64,000 nucleotides of DNA, from contig VJWM01000119.1 of the NCBI GenBank assembly GCA_010909165.1, forward strand, positions 620,001 through 684,000, in the 5' to 3' direction. A model generated the notes under the pieces. The model had not been told where the DNA came from, did not search any database, and was given only the letters and a program-made list of their open reading frames with translations. Below are positions 1 through 10,753 of this stretch, in pieces. Origin of the DNA: Anthoceros angustus (taxonomy: Eukaryota; Plantae; Anthocerotophyta). How positions within the stretch are numbered: position 1 is the stretch's first letter; the number at the start of each line of letters is the position of its first letter. The translations under genes were made by a program, and so were the position numbers.

Positions 1-1
1 G

Positions 2-1252
2 GGGTGGCATTCCTCCACGTCTACCAAGCTGTTGATTGCTTTTGGGGTATTCGGCTTGGTGACTTTGGCGTTTCTGCTCTTCTACAAGTCTCCTGCTGGG
101 GCTCCCAGCTATGGTTCCTATCTAGGCACGAGTTCTGCCACATGGGGGGGCCGGGCGTGGGAGAAGAAGGTGCTGCACTCCGTCCGCCCTAAGAAGGACA
201 AGGAGGATGCCATGACCGTGCTGGTGACAGGTGCAGCAGGGTTTGTGGGGACGCATGTCTCGCTTGCGTTGAGGAAGAGAGGGGACGGTGTGGTGGGTCT
301 GGACAACTTCAACAACTACTACGATCCCTCGCTGAAGAGAGCGAGGCAGGAGCATCTGAGCAATTCTGGGGTGTTTGTGATCGAAGGAGATATTAATGAT
401 GCAGAGCTCCTGAAGAAGTTGTTTGACATGGTTCCGTTCACGCATGTGATGCATCTGGCAGCTCAGGCAGGTGTGAGGTATGCCATGGAGAACCCCAAGT
501 CGTACGTGCACAGCAACATTGCGGGGCTGGTCACCTTGTTTGAAGCCTGCAAGTCGGCAAACCCCCAGCCAGCTATCGTGTGGGCGTCGTCCAGTTCCGT
601 TTATGGTCTCAACCCCAAGGTCCCCTTCTCGGAGGCTGATCGCACGGACCAGCCAGCCAGTTTGTATGCTGCTACCAAGAAAGCTGGGGAGGAGATAGCG
701 CATACATACAACCACATCTACGGTCTCTCAATAACTGGACTGCGCTTCTTCACGGTGTATGGGCCTTGGGGTCGTCCTGATATGGCATACTTCTTTTTCA
801 CGAAGGATATTCTGCGTGGCACTCCCGTCTCGATCTACGAAGGGCAAGGGAAGAAGGACCTGGCACGGGACTTCACTTACATTGATGACATTGTCAAGGG
901 GTGTATTGCGTCTTTGCAGACTGCGGAGAAAAGTACAGGATCCGGAGGTAAGAAGAAAGGAGCTGCTCAGTTCCGTACATTCAACTTGGGCAACACCTCG
1001 CCTGTGACTGTGAAGGACCTGGTCAGCATTCTTGAGAAGCATCTGAAGTTGGAGGCAAAGAAGCAGTTTATCAAGATGCCCAGAAATGGTGATGTTCCAT
1101 TTACGCATGCAAACATCACCCTGGCCAGAGATCAACTCCACTACAGGCCGACCACAGACCTAAAGACCGGCCTGAAGAAGTTTGTGAACTGGTACAAAGA
1201 CTACTACGGGGAGAACGAACGTGGACCACGTGGTAGCAGGAAAACAATATGA
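2..1252 (+). CDS. GAE: UDP-glucuronate 4-epimerase (GAE family, Golgi type II membrane SDR); 5' end lies outside the window
   Basis: Frame is open from position 2. It has an N-terminal TM helix (LIAFGVFGLVTLAFLLFY), the GAAGFVG Rossmann motif, HLAAQAGVRY, the YAATKK catalytic motif and FFTVYGPWGRPDMAYF. Intronless, like plant GAEs. Confidence 0.95.
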   Translation, partial: GWHSSTSTKLLIAFGVFGLVTLAFLLFYKSPAGAPSYGSYLGTSSATWGGRAWEKKVLHSVRPKKDKEDAMTVLVTGAAGFVGTHVSLALRKRGDGVVGLDNFNNYYDPSLKRARQEHLSNSGVFVIEGDINDAELLKKLFDMVPFTHVMHLAAQAGVRYAMENPKSYVHSNIAGLVTLFEACKSANPQPAIVWASSSSVYGLNPKVPFSEADRTDQPASLYAATKKAGEEIAHTYNHIYGLSITGLRFFTVYGPWGRPDMAYFFFTKDILRGTPVSIYEGQGKKDLARDFTYIDDIVKGCIASLQTAEKSTGSGGKKKGAAQFRTFNLGNTSPVTVKDLVSILEKHLKLEAKKQFIKMPRNGDVPFTHANITLARDQLHYRPTTDLKTGLKKFVNWYKDYYGENERGPRGSRKTI

Positions 1253-2415
1253 GCGTCTGCTAGTTCTATGTCTATTTGTAGGCACAATTGTAGTCTGAGA
1301 TGTTTCTCATCTTGGGACCTGAAAACTAGGCCCAACTGCCCTTGGCCAGTGTTCTGCGAGACATGATTGCATCCAGTCTGGTGGTAGCGAGATAACATAT
1401 TGGTGTGCCGAGGGACAGGATTCAACCTGCTTTCGGGAGCTTGGAAATAGTGGAAGCAGAAGACTTAGGTGAGAGATGGGATTGCTTCTTAGGAAGATGT
1501 GAGAGTAATCATCTGTTGATAAAAAAGGACCTGCAGCTCTTGTGCACTCTGCTTAGTCATGTGGGGCTGAGTGAGTTCCATTGCGACAGCTCGTATCTCG
1601 TGGAAGATGTAATTTGTTTTAGTAACCCCAACCATTTTTTGGGTTTTAGCTTTGCCAAGCCAATAACTCACTGGCCTTCCTGATGTGCCCTGCTTGATTT
1701 GAAATTGAAAAGTTGGCTATGTACAAAGAAACAAGAACCTGACTTCTGAGCACGCACTAATTTGTTACCGGGAACGAGCAGAACATGGAAATTGGCCTGA
1801 ACGTATGAATGGCAGAAGCTATGTACCGTGTTTGTGTTCTGAACTACACACGTGGACTCCATTCTGATCACAACCTCACATTTCAAGCTGCTATGTAGAC
1901 ATGTTCTTCGTACTTGTACATTAAATCCTGGCCTGCAAATGCGACCTTCACATCCGAGCAGCTTCCTAATTGTACGCGGTACGGTGGGAATAGGGAAATT
2001 CACGAGGCTATCATCATCATCGGCTCTTGCAGACAAATGAGAATGCACAACGACCTATTTTGACTTGAATTGGCATTTATTCATCCGAATAAATGATGTT
2101 TTACAAAAGCACAATAAAAGCGCGTCCCCCAGCAAACCTACAATACAGGGGACGCCCCATCTTGTCCTCCGGAAATCTCAGGAAACGTCCCACCTGCCCC
2201 ACATGTCCAAAGCATTCACAAAAGCAGCTTATTCAGAAAAGGAGACATGACTAATATACAAGTAGACCTTCCAGTAAACTTGCTACTCTGAGCACCGGAC
2301 GCGCAGACCTTTCAGTTTAACTCACTAATCTGAGAGAACCAGGCGCAAAAGAAACCCAGCATATCTGAAATCCGCTGAGGGCACTGAAATGCACGCTCTC
2401 TACACTGAGGGTAGG

Positions 2416-3207
2416 TCACACGGACTCTACTAGAGATCCCTGTGCTGCCAGGTCCTCAGGATTCATGAGGGAACACATGCCATACATGTGCCCGTTGAGA
2501 CAAACAAAGCATTCAATGTTGTCATCATACGCAGCCATTCTCTTGGAGGCATTCCCGGGTAACAGTCTTGCATCACGCATACTCCACACTCGGGCGCGGC
2601 AGAAAGGACAATACTCATGCTGTTCAAGTTGCGCACACCTTTCGATGAGCAGTCTTCTAGTTTTAGAGCTTCCGAAGGCCTTGAACACCCCTCGGAACAC
2701 ACCCACATCATCATCATCCACGTCATCCATGTGCTCGCAGCCATCCGAGACATAGAGCGTGTCAGATCTGCAATGGAAGTTGAGGAAGTTCTTGCCAGAG
2801 GTTTTTGAAAACCTTGTCTTCCAAGCAAAGTGGCCAGGTACCACCCTCGCTTTGAAGTTACGCGTGTCATGACAGCCCGGGCAATAGAACATCAACTTCC
2901 CGAGTGCTTCCCAGCCACCTTCTACTGCCCCATGCTTGGCTCCGGCCAGCAAATCTGAAACCATCTTCGGTGCCCGCGACAGACAAAACTCCCTCCACAG
3001 AACTCTCTTTGACAAGTTCGAGAACTGCTTGCATACCTTCGCTGAAGTGCAGATTAGGAAGGGGTTCCAGTTCTGAGCTTGGAACACGAGAACATAGATG
3101 GTCTCGTTCAGAAGCGGACTGACTGTCGAGCCTCCGTCCACAGCATCTGCGATAGTTTTTCGATGCTTGGCCAGTATGACTGGTGCAGCTGGCCTGGAGG
3201 CCAACAT
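2416..3207 (-). CDS. EID1-like F-box protein (EDL3-type)
   Basis: F-box-like LLNETIYVLVF...LW, followed by the EID1-like signatures GHF..KTRFSKTSGKNFL..CRSDTLYVSDGCEH, CPFCRARVWSM and FVCLNGH. First in-frame ATG at 3207. Confidence 0.88.
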   Translation of the reverse strand: MLASRPAAPVILAKHRKTIADAVDGGSTVSPLLNETIYVLVFQAQNWNPFLICTSAKVCKQFSNLSKRVLWREFCLSRAPKMVSDLLAGAKHGAVEGGWEALGKLMFYCPGCHDTRNFKARVVPGHFAWKTRFSKTSGKNFLNFHCRSDTLYVSDGCEHMDDVDDDDVGVFRGVFKAFGSSKTRRLLIERCAQLEQHEYCPFCRARVWSMRDARLLPGNASKRMAAYDDNIECFVCLNGHMYGMCSLMNPEDLAAQGSLVESV

Positions 3208-4559
3208 CTTCTGCTGTGGTTTCACAAGTCAGTCCGATACGCATCATCATCAGACCACACGCAGCCGCCAAGCTCGAGCGACAACACAGCCACATCACTG
3301 GCGGCAAAAAGACAGGAGCTGAACAGAACCGTACCTCCAAGGACGCCACTCCTTGATCCGCAGCGCTGATTCTACGCAAAATAGAGCCACCCCCTCCAAA
3401 GGCCCCTCTCTGTCAGAAGAACTGACAGGACCCTCCGCCGACCATGAGCGTCAGACTGCTTTCTCCTCACGCTGGACCAGGACCAGATGAAAGGAGGACT
3501 CATGCAGCCACTTCCTTTGAGCCTCCAACGCCCTCGCTGTGCTAGAGAGCTTTGCAGCGCATAGCGCATCTAATGACCGCCAGCAGCACCCACCGGAAGA
3601 AGCGGTGCCACAGTCCCTGGACCTTACTGAGAGAGAGGGAGAAGGGAAGACAGCAGTAGAAGACAGCAAGAACAAGACAGCAGCACGCTGCTCAACGGCA
3701 TCTCCCTCCTCGCACCTCTGTATCCATCTTCCGCCTCACACCATCACCGCCACCGAGCACCCGCAATCTCCACCCACCCGCAATGCAGATTCCTCCCCAC
3801 ACCAAACCCACAACCAGACGGGACCACTCCACACTGCTAAGCCCGTCTACAGCTTAAACGCATGGCACCCAGCCGCTGGCCATACAGAACCAGCAACCAG
3901 CGGTTGCATTGCCCGCAACACGGAATGGGCTGTGAGATATCTCTCGGCTCTGGCAGCATCCGCCGAGGTCTGCTCTGGGCACAGCACGGCAGAGCGAAGG
4001 GACCATGAACTGCTCTGGTACCCGCACGCCGAGCAGCAGATAAGACGGCAAGGTCGCCTGCTTGCTGCGGCTGGCACTGCACTGGCGCTGGAGCGTCAGG
4101 CTGGACCTCGAGTGCGAGCACCTGGATGAAGCTTCCGGCGGGACTGCAGCTTCGGGCCGAGCCTCAAAGTAACTGGATACTTCCAGGCTCGGCACCGCGT
4201 ACCCGGCGTTCTCACTGGAAAAGCGCGCGAAAATCTTCGCCATCTGTAGGGGCTTCACAAGTGCATTTCACGGGGTTAAACTCGTCTTGGTCGAGAGTTA
4301 AGCCGACGGAGAGAGGCCGCCGATTGGAACACGTCAGTGCGAGCGTATTATCCAGGCGAAACTAGTCCTGACGAAAGTTCTGAAAATATCTCTGGAGATT
4401 TCGCATGTACTGAGAGTCCATGAGTTCTCTGGTCGCCATGTGTGACGGCTTTTGGTCGGTCGGCTACCATGTGGCATTCAACTGCTTTCTCTTGAGACCA
4501 CTTGTGGGCCTTCCACCGCCATGGCGACCTCCTTACTTGTCACCTCACAATGGGATCCC

Positions 4560-4830
4560 CTCATCCCAAACCCAACTTGAATCAGAAGGCTTCTGTTTTG
4601 TTTGGGCCAGAAGCAATAATTTTGGCTAAGTCCTCAAGTGCCCCCAAATGGGGCATCAAGGTGGAAGGAGGATATGTAATAGGTTCTCAAGGAAGTCATT
4701 GATCCAAGACCAAATGTATACATGTTTGTTTTCAAATTCCCAGCTATGAGATCAAAAGAGCACTTTGAAAGCTGGAAGGACATTTTCAAGTGTGCGACCA
4801 CTTGAAGCGACATTCAAGATCTTCGCTTCA
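4560..4830 (+). mobile_element. Possible decayed hAT/BED zinc-finger transposase fragment at the start of an AT-rich repeat-rich block
   Basis: Broken reading KTKCIH...AMRSKEHF...IFKC resembles a BED finger. It is followed by AT-rich sequence with direct repeats (5074/5352; 5268/5393). Confidence 0.3.
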
Positions 4831-6728
4831 CTATCATAAATGCTTAGTTGGGATCATTCCATCTATGTATACATATATTTTGTAAATAACTTAATTATCC
4901 AAAAAATACATCAATTTTATACATGTCTGGTCATTTCATTTGTAACGTCTGGTCTTTACATTTCAAAATTATTTACATACCTCAACAGCCCCAAAGTCAG
5001 AGAAAAAAGATCTAACGTTAGAAGTATGATTTGATTTGTTCTACGTGAATGTGTAAAAATAATATTTTTAATTAATCAACTAGTTGAAAACCCTATTCAG
5101 ACAAGTAGCGACATAGCATCAAAACCGCACTAGTCCAAGAAATTAAATAGCACCTAAGGAGGGGGAGAGGGAGACCTCCACCAAAGAGGAAAAGGAAGTC
5201 CACGCCAATAAAAGATTAAAGATTCATCTACCTCTCATAGATTTGTTGCAAGGAATCCAACCTTGGTTAACCAAGTGAAAGCCAAATAATTGTCTAAACT
5301 ACAACGAATTGAGTACTTATCACATACGAAGGATATCAATTAGTTAAAAATAATCAAGTAGTTGAAAACCCTACTCAGACCAGTAGCAGCCTAACCCAAG
5401 TGAAAGCAAAATCTCCTAATTGTCTAAACTACAACAGATTGAGTACATATCACATACTAAAAGGATATTACAGAATCAAGAATTATTTTATTAATATTAG
5501 AGTTAATAACTTTTTATATCACAGAAAAGCTTTTTGGACCATGTTGGAATAATACAAGAGAGAGATAACATGGACAATTCATCACACATTCATAATATTT
5601 TTAAATATATAGGATATGAGCTACGAATTTACAAGTTCTAAGTTAAAACCTATAGTATAGGTAGCTGTTCCCATATCTACATTCTTTAAGGAGGACCGGG
5701 TAGGGACATCACCCACATTTAGCTCCTTATTTACATTTCTTTAAGGTAGATCAGATAGAAATATTAATCATATCTACTTTATATCTATATTTCTCTAAGA
5801 AAACCAGATAAAAATATTAGCCACATATACAGGTTAGACTTTATCTTAATAAGGTCTATGATTACTGAAAAACCACCAGAGTCACGTATGCAAGATGTCA
5901 AATCACGCACGGAAACACACGGAAATGGAAACATGTTGCATACTTTGGTACAAATGAGAATAACTTAAATATTAGAATAAGTGAAAGTCATATACAGGTG
6001 CAAACTTAAGGTTTGATCTTTGATCGCTTTGAATTTAGGTCTCTTTCACCGAGAGTGCGATTATGACAAGACTCGAATAAATAAGAAGCCCCGGGGTGCT
6101 ATCCAAAAGACTCTTCCGCTGTTTCCGGGCAAAACCATGTGACAGGTAGTGGACGCAAATGCAGCTGCCTTGTCTGAATATACCCACTAGACATGAGCGA
6201 TCACCTAAATCACACGGTGTGAGTCTGCGTCGAATGCTACGAAAGACACATGGACGGATCTCCTGCAAGAAAAAAATGTGAGCAAGAACAAGGAGATTAG
6301 GGTCGAACATCTGCTGTTGACAACGCAAATGCAGCCTCATAACGATGTGGTCTCTATCTGCTTGATGTGTGTCCATTTCGTGCTTCCTGGCAGAAGCAGG
6401 ATCGAGCACGGGCAGAAAGTGGCGCAGTTTTTCGTCACCAGCACCGGGTGCCCTGTATGTGAAATATGGCCAAGCTTGCTTTCTGCTCGCGCAAGAAACA
6501 GGCTGGAACACACAAACAAACAAACCCTGAGTAGCCGGAACACACACCTGTCAGCTGATCACACAGATTAGGAAGCTGCTCGGATGTGAAGGTCGCATTT
6601 GCAGGCCAGGATTTACTGTACAAGTACGAAGAACACGTCTCTGGAGTCTCAAAAATCGCAGAAGCCGTCCGTAGCTAGGGCCGGAAATTTACATTCGCCT
6701 CAGGAAATCAGCACCTGGCACCTGCTCT

Positions 6729-7640
6729 CTAAGCGGCAACCCTCACGTCCTCCCCAATCAAGCTCCCTATGCTGAGCATCTCATCAGCGGAGAGATCCGG
6801 CCAATCCAACACCTCAAGGTCCGCCTGCATATGGGCAGGAGTGGTGGTTCCATTGAGCGGAACAATCCCTAGCTGCATCACAAACTTGTACCACACCTGT
6901 TCCGCACTCCCGCCCCTCTTCTCAGCCACGGCCCGCACCGGCCCGCTCCTCAGCAGATCCGGGTTGCCTGTCAGCGTCCAGAAGCTCTGGTACACGATCC
7001 CCTTCTGCCGGCAGAAGCGCCGGACCTCCCTGTCATACAAGGTCTGCGAGTAAAACCTATTCTGCACCACCGCGGGCTTGATGCTGGCCTCCTCGTAGAT
7101 CCGGCGCAGAGCCGAGGGGTTGTAGATGTTGCTGATCCCCAGCTGCCGCACGGAGCCGGAGCGGGCCAGGTCCTCCATCACCCGCCACACCCGCATGGAC
7201 TGCTGGTGCGTCGGCATCGGGGAGTGCAGCACCAGGGAGTCGATGTAGTCCGTGCGCAGGTTGAGCAGGGACCGGGCGAAGGACTGGCGCACCTGCTCCT
7301 CCAAGGGCACCCGCGGGTCGTAGGGGATCTTGGTCGGGTCTTGCCCGTCTATGGACGTGAACTTGGTCTGCAGGAAGAGATCCTGCCGCGGCACCGTGTC
7401 CTGCAGCCGCACCAGGGCCTCTCCCACCAGGTCCTCCTGGTAGTGCTTGGGCTGGCAGGCAGTATCGATCCCCCGGAACCCGGCTCCCACTGCGCGCTCC
7501 ACCAGGTCGGCTGTGCGCTCCTTCTTCCACGCCGTGCCGTAGATCATTTTCGGCATGTTCACCCCGGCCGCCGTCTTCACGAAGTGGCCGCCTGCAGCCG
7601 CCACGGCTGCCAAGCTTCCAGTTGCAGCAGTGGACGTCAT
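6729..7640 (-). CDS. Aldo/keto reductase, intronless, microbial-like subfamily
   Basis: MPKMIYGTAWKK, GFRGIDTACQPKHY (catalytic D and Y), LFLQTKF (K), YIDSLVLHSP (H), LGISN and VVQNRF. Very GC-rich codons. First ATG at 7640. Confidence 0.9.
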   Translation of the reverse strand: MTSTAATGSLAAVAAAGGHFVKTAAGVNMPKMIYGTAWKKERTADLVERAVGAGFRGIDTACQPKHYQEDLVGEALVRLQDTVPRQDLFLQTKFTSIDGQDPTKIPYDPRVPLEEQVRQSFARSLLNLRTDYIDSLVLHSPMPTHQQSMRVWRVMEDLARSGSVRQLGISNIYNPSALRRIYEEASIKPAVVQNRFYSQTLYDREVRRFCRQKGIVYQSFWTLTGNPDLLRSGPVRAVAEKRGGSAEQVWYKFVMQLGIVPLNGTTTPAHMQADLEVLDWPDLSADEMLSIGSLIGEDVRVAA

Positions 7641-8394
7641 GGCGTCCGGGTAGGTATTTACGTAGCTGCTACAAAGCACAGCTCCCTACACTCTCTTCAT
7701 CAATCGCACTGCAGCACAGCGATAAAAGGATGCCGGCAGACAAGGTAGGAAGACGCCTGTAAAAACTGGAACCCTTTCGGAGACGTCTCCAAATTCAGTC
7801 GCCAACCATATGGGTTCGTTCCATCGTCAGCAACATTTGTTCGAATGTATTCGTAAGCGAACCCATGCATGAACGATCCGTGAAACACATCCCCTAACCC
7901 GTCCAGCTTCAAGTTCTATGTAATTACTGGAGTACATACTACGACATTAGTACTGCTAGTGGAAAAGAGCAAGCAAAGGGCGTTGGCCAACGTAGTCTAT
8001 AGAACAACAACGAGCAAGGGAGATGCAGCTTCTTCGACACCGGTGGCAAGTAGGTGTTCTTCGGGCGGTTGATAGTTTTAAAATGCGTGATTGTGGGACT
8101 ACTCCCCCTGGCATGGTGCCCTTCCTTGGGTTTTTCCCCCTTCGTTTTTGGGGTGGATGGATTTTTCCATCTCTTTTTCATAGTAAAGTCTTCTTTTCCA
8201 CCACGAAAAGAGAAAGCTAGGTATACAGTTTGATACTAGTACTTATGCACCTACATTATCACTATGATAAAAAATAATAATTTATTTGTATCATATTAAA
8301 ACTTAAAAGCTAAAATATATCTCCTCCTCCCTTCAAGAGTAACACAGATAGCAAGGAGTTTTTGGAACTCGTGGTCAAGCAATCCTTCGAATGA

Positions 8395-8575
8395 ATCACT
8401 ACTAGGATGGGGTACTTCCCTCCTATACCCTCTAGACGGATCACTACTGGGATGGGGTACCTCTCTCCCAATCACCACTCGCATGGGGTACCTTTCTCCC
8501 CGACCATTACTGGGATGGGGTACCTCTCTCCCTTGCCCTCTAGACAAATTACAATTGGGATGGAGTACCTTTCAT
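8395..8575. repeat. Degenerate minisatellite with core (G)GGATGGGGTACC
   Basis: About 5 copies of actgggatggggtacctctctccc-like units. Confidence 0.7.
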
Positions 8576-10753
8576 CCTCGATAACTTTGGTCCTTAGTGG
8601 CTTGCCTATGTTCTAAAGGCCTTGGTGGCTTGCCTATGTTTAAAGGCCTTCGGGGTCGCTCAGTACCTCACGGATCCGAAAAGCTATCTTAGACCTATTT
8701 TTCTTATTACCATTATGTCTTTTCACGCTATTGTTGAAATATTAGATGAATTAGGAACAATCACATGAATGTGGAACATTATAGAAACCTAAAATATAAG
8801 ATGAATCTAGAGCATCAGATGAATCTGGATCTTTAGATGAAGGATCATCAAGGAGGTGACAATTTGTGCATGCATAGATCATTTCTCCACTACACTCCAT
8901 TTCTTGTTTTTCCAAGTTTATCAAGGGTTTAGATTTCTCCTTAAGTAGTCATCTAGATCCACCTCTAATCTTAGTCTATGTTTATTTTATGCGAGCAACT
9001 ACTAAATCTTCTCTTCAAAACTATTGATCATTTGAATCTTTTTAAACTTAATTCTTGTCAAAATATTTTTTTATAAAATATATGATTTAACTATTTCCTC
9101 CCTACGTAGAATAGCTAAGAAAAAGTGACATTTATCCTCAATTAAAGCTATCTTTATATTAAAATTTATTTTTTGGTGAATATCCAATCTTAACTCATTT
9201 GAATTTTTATCCTACTAGGAACTACTACCAGTCATTTGAACCCTTTTTTAAATTAATCTTTGCTAACTTATATTAAAAATATTTTTAATGGTTTTTTATA
9301 TTTTGAATGATCTTCTCCCTACCTCAAATGACAAAGAAAGGGACACTTGTCCTCTATAATACCTTATTTATCATGCTTGGAGATGACCTCAACCAAGATG
9401 GCCGCATAGTCATTCTCAAGTCACGCCGTAGCCACCAGCTCCTCATTAGGATATCGACATAGAGTGACGTTTTTACTTCCCTTGTCTCCAACCCATATGA
9501 CGTTTGAATTTCAGATGGAACTTCCCCGCTCACGCTTATGTGGGGTGAAGTCGAAATAAGTTATTCACACACGTAGTTCTTGCGAGAGGGAAACCGATAC
9601 CACTTGAGAAAAGCGAGGATTAACCTGTGCTGGCTTCTTCTTCTTGCAAGACTACATCATGTGGCTGCTATTGGGACCTCCCAATTTGTGGAAGAGAGAC
9701 TTCACATATTGATTGGTCTAGGAAACAGTTATCAAATTTGAGTTTGCTTTATGTTAAGATCTCTAAGGGTTCGCACAACAAATTCCCACATGACTCGGAG
9801 GTATGGATGAAAAAATTAATAGTAATAGGAAATATACCATATATGAACAGGTCGGTGATGATCTTTATGGGAAGGGACTTTCAGAAGCTATGCAAATGAT
9901 ACATTTTGTAAACAAAGGAGAGCCATGAGATGTAGATATGACAACAATCTCCATAAGAACTATCATGAATGGCCCGATAAGGCTTTATACAACAGGGTAT
10001 GGGTATCACTCCATCCCAAGGGAGACGAACTCGGCAAGGAAGCAAAACAAATCGATTGAAAAAAAATTGTACGGCCACGAAGGCAGAATGTGCCCGGAAT
10101 CTTGTTCCCATTGGAACCCGGGCAGCGATTGAACCACATCCCGTGGCTCGCTTATCCTGTTCGCTTGCCACGATTTCACCTCACCGGCTGCCTCGGTGGA
10201 GAGCTGGGAATGCTGCCTGACTGCAAATGCACCTCAAACTGAGTCGCACGCCGAGCTTCCCCCGTGTGGGTATTTGATTTTGTGGTGAAGCAGTCCAGCA
10301 CGGGAACTTACAAAGCCAAATTTTGCTTCCAAGCTCAGCTGGCTGAATTTATTCCAGGCGGAGGCGGAGGTGGAGGTCTCTGAGCTTTCACGTTCATGCT
10401 GCAAATGCCTGCAGGGTTTAGGGGACTGGTGCCGCATTGCTTTCGGGCAATGGTATAGCGAGCCACTTCTCGTGTGCTGAGGTGCTGGATGAAGCCGGGA
10501 TCCGCGTTCTGAAGCAGCGAAGGTGTATGTGCAATTGAGAGTCTCTTCGGGCTCGATGGTATTTGCAAGTACTGCCCCTGCACCTCCAGTGCTGACCGCG
10601 TCTTGGAAGGGATTCAAGGGGCCAAGGACCGAGTTGGGGGCCAGCAGCATCCCTAGTTCTTGGCAAGCTGCCCTGTACCTCCAGGCTCCGTTTCCAGGGT
10701 CGTTGCCCCGGTGTAGCGCTTCCTCTGGACGGCATGCACTCATAAGCTCTGAA

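Noticed and set aside
3539-4258. Overlapping 130-196-aa ORFs upstream of the F-box gene
   Set aside because: No recognisable motifs; GC-rich 5' UTR/promoter-like sequence.
6035-6623. 170-aa and 97-aa ORFs downstream of the aldo/keto reductase
   Set aside because: Non-ATG starts, no domain similarity recognised.
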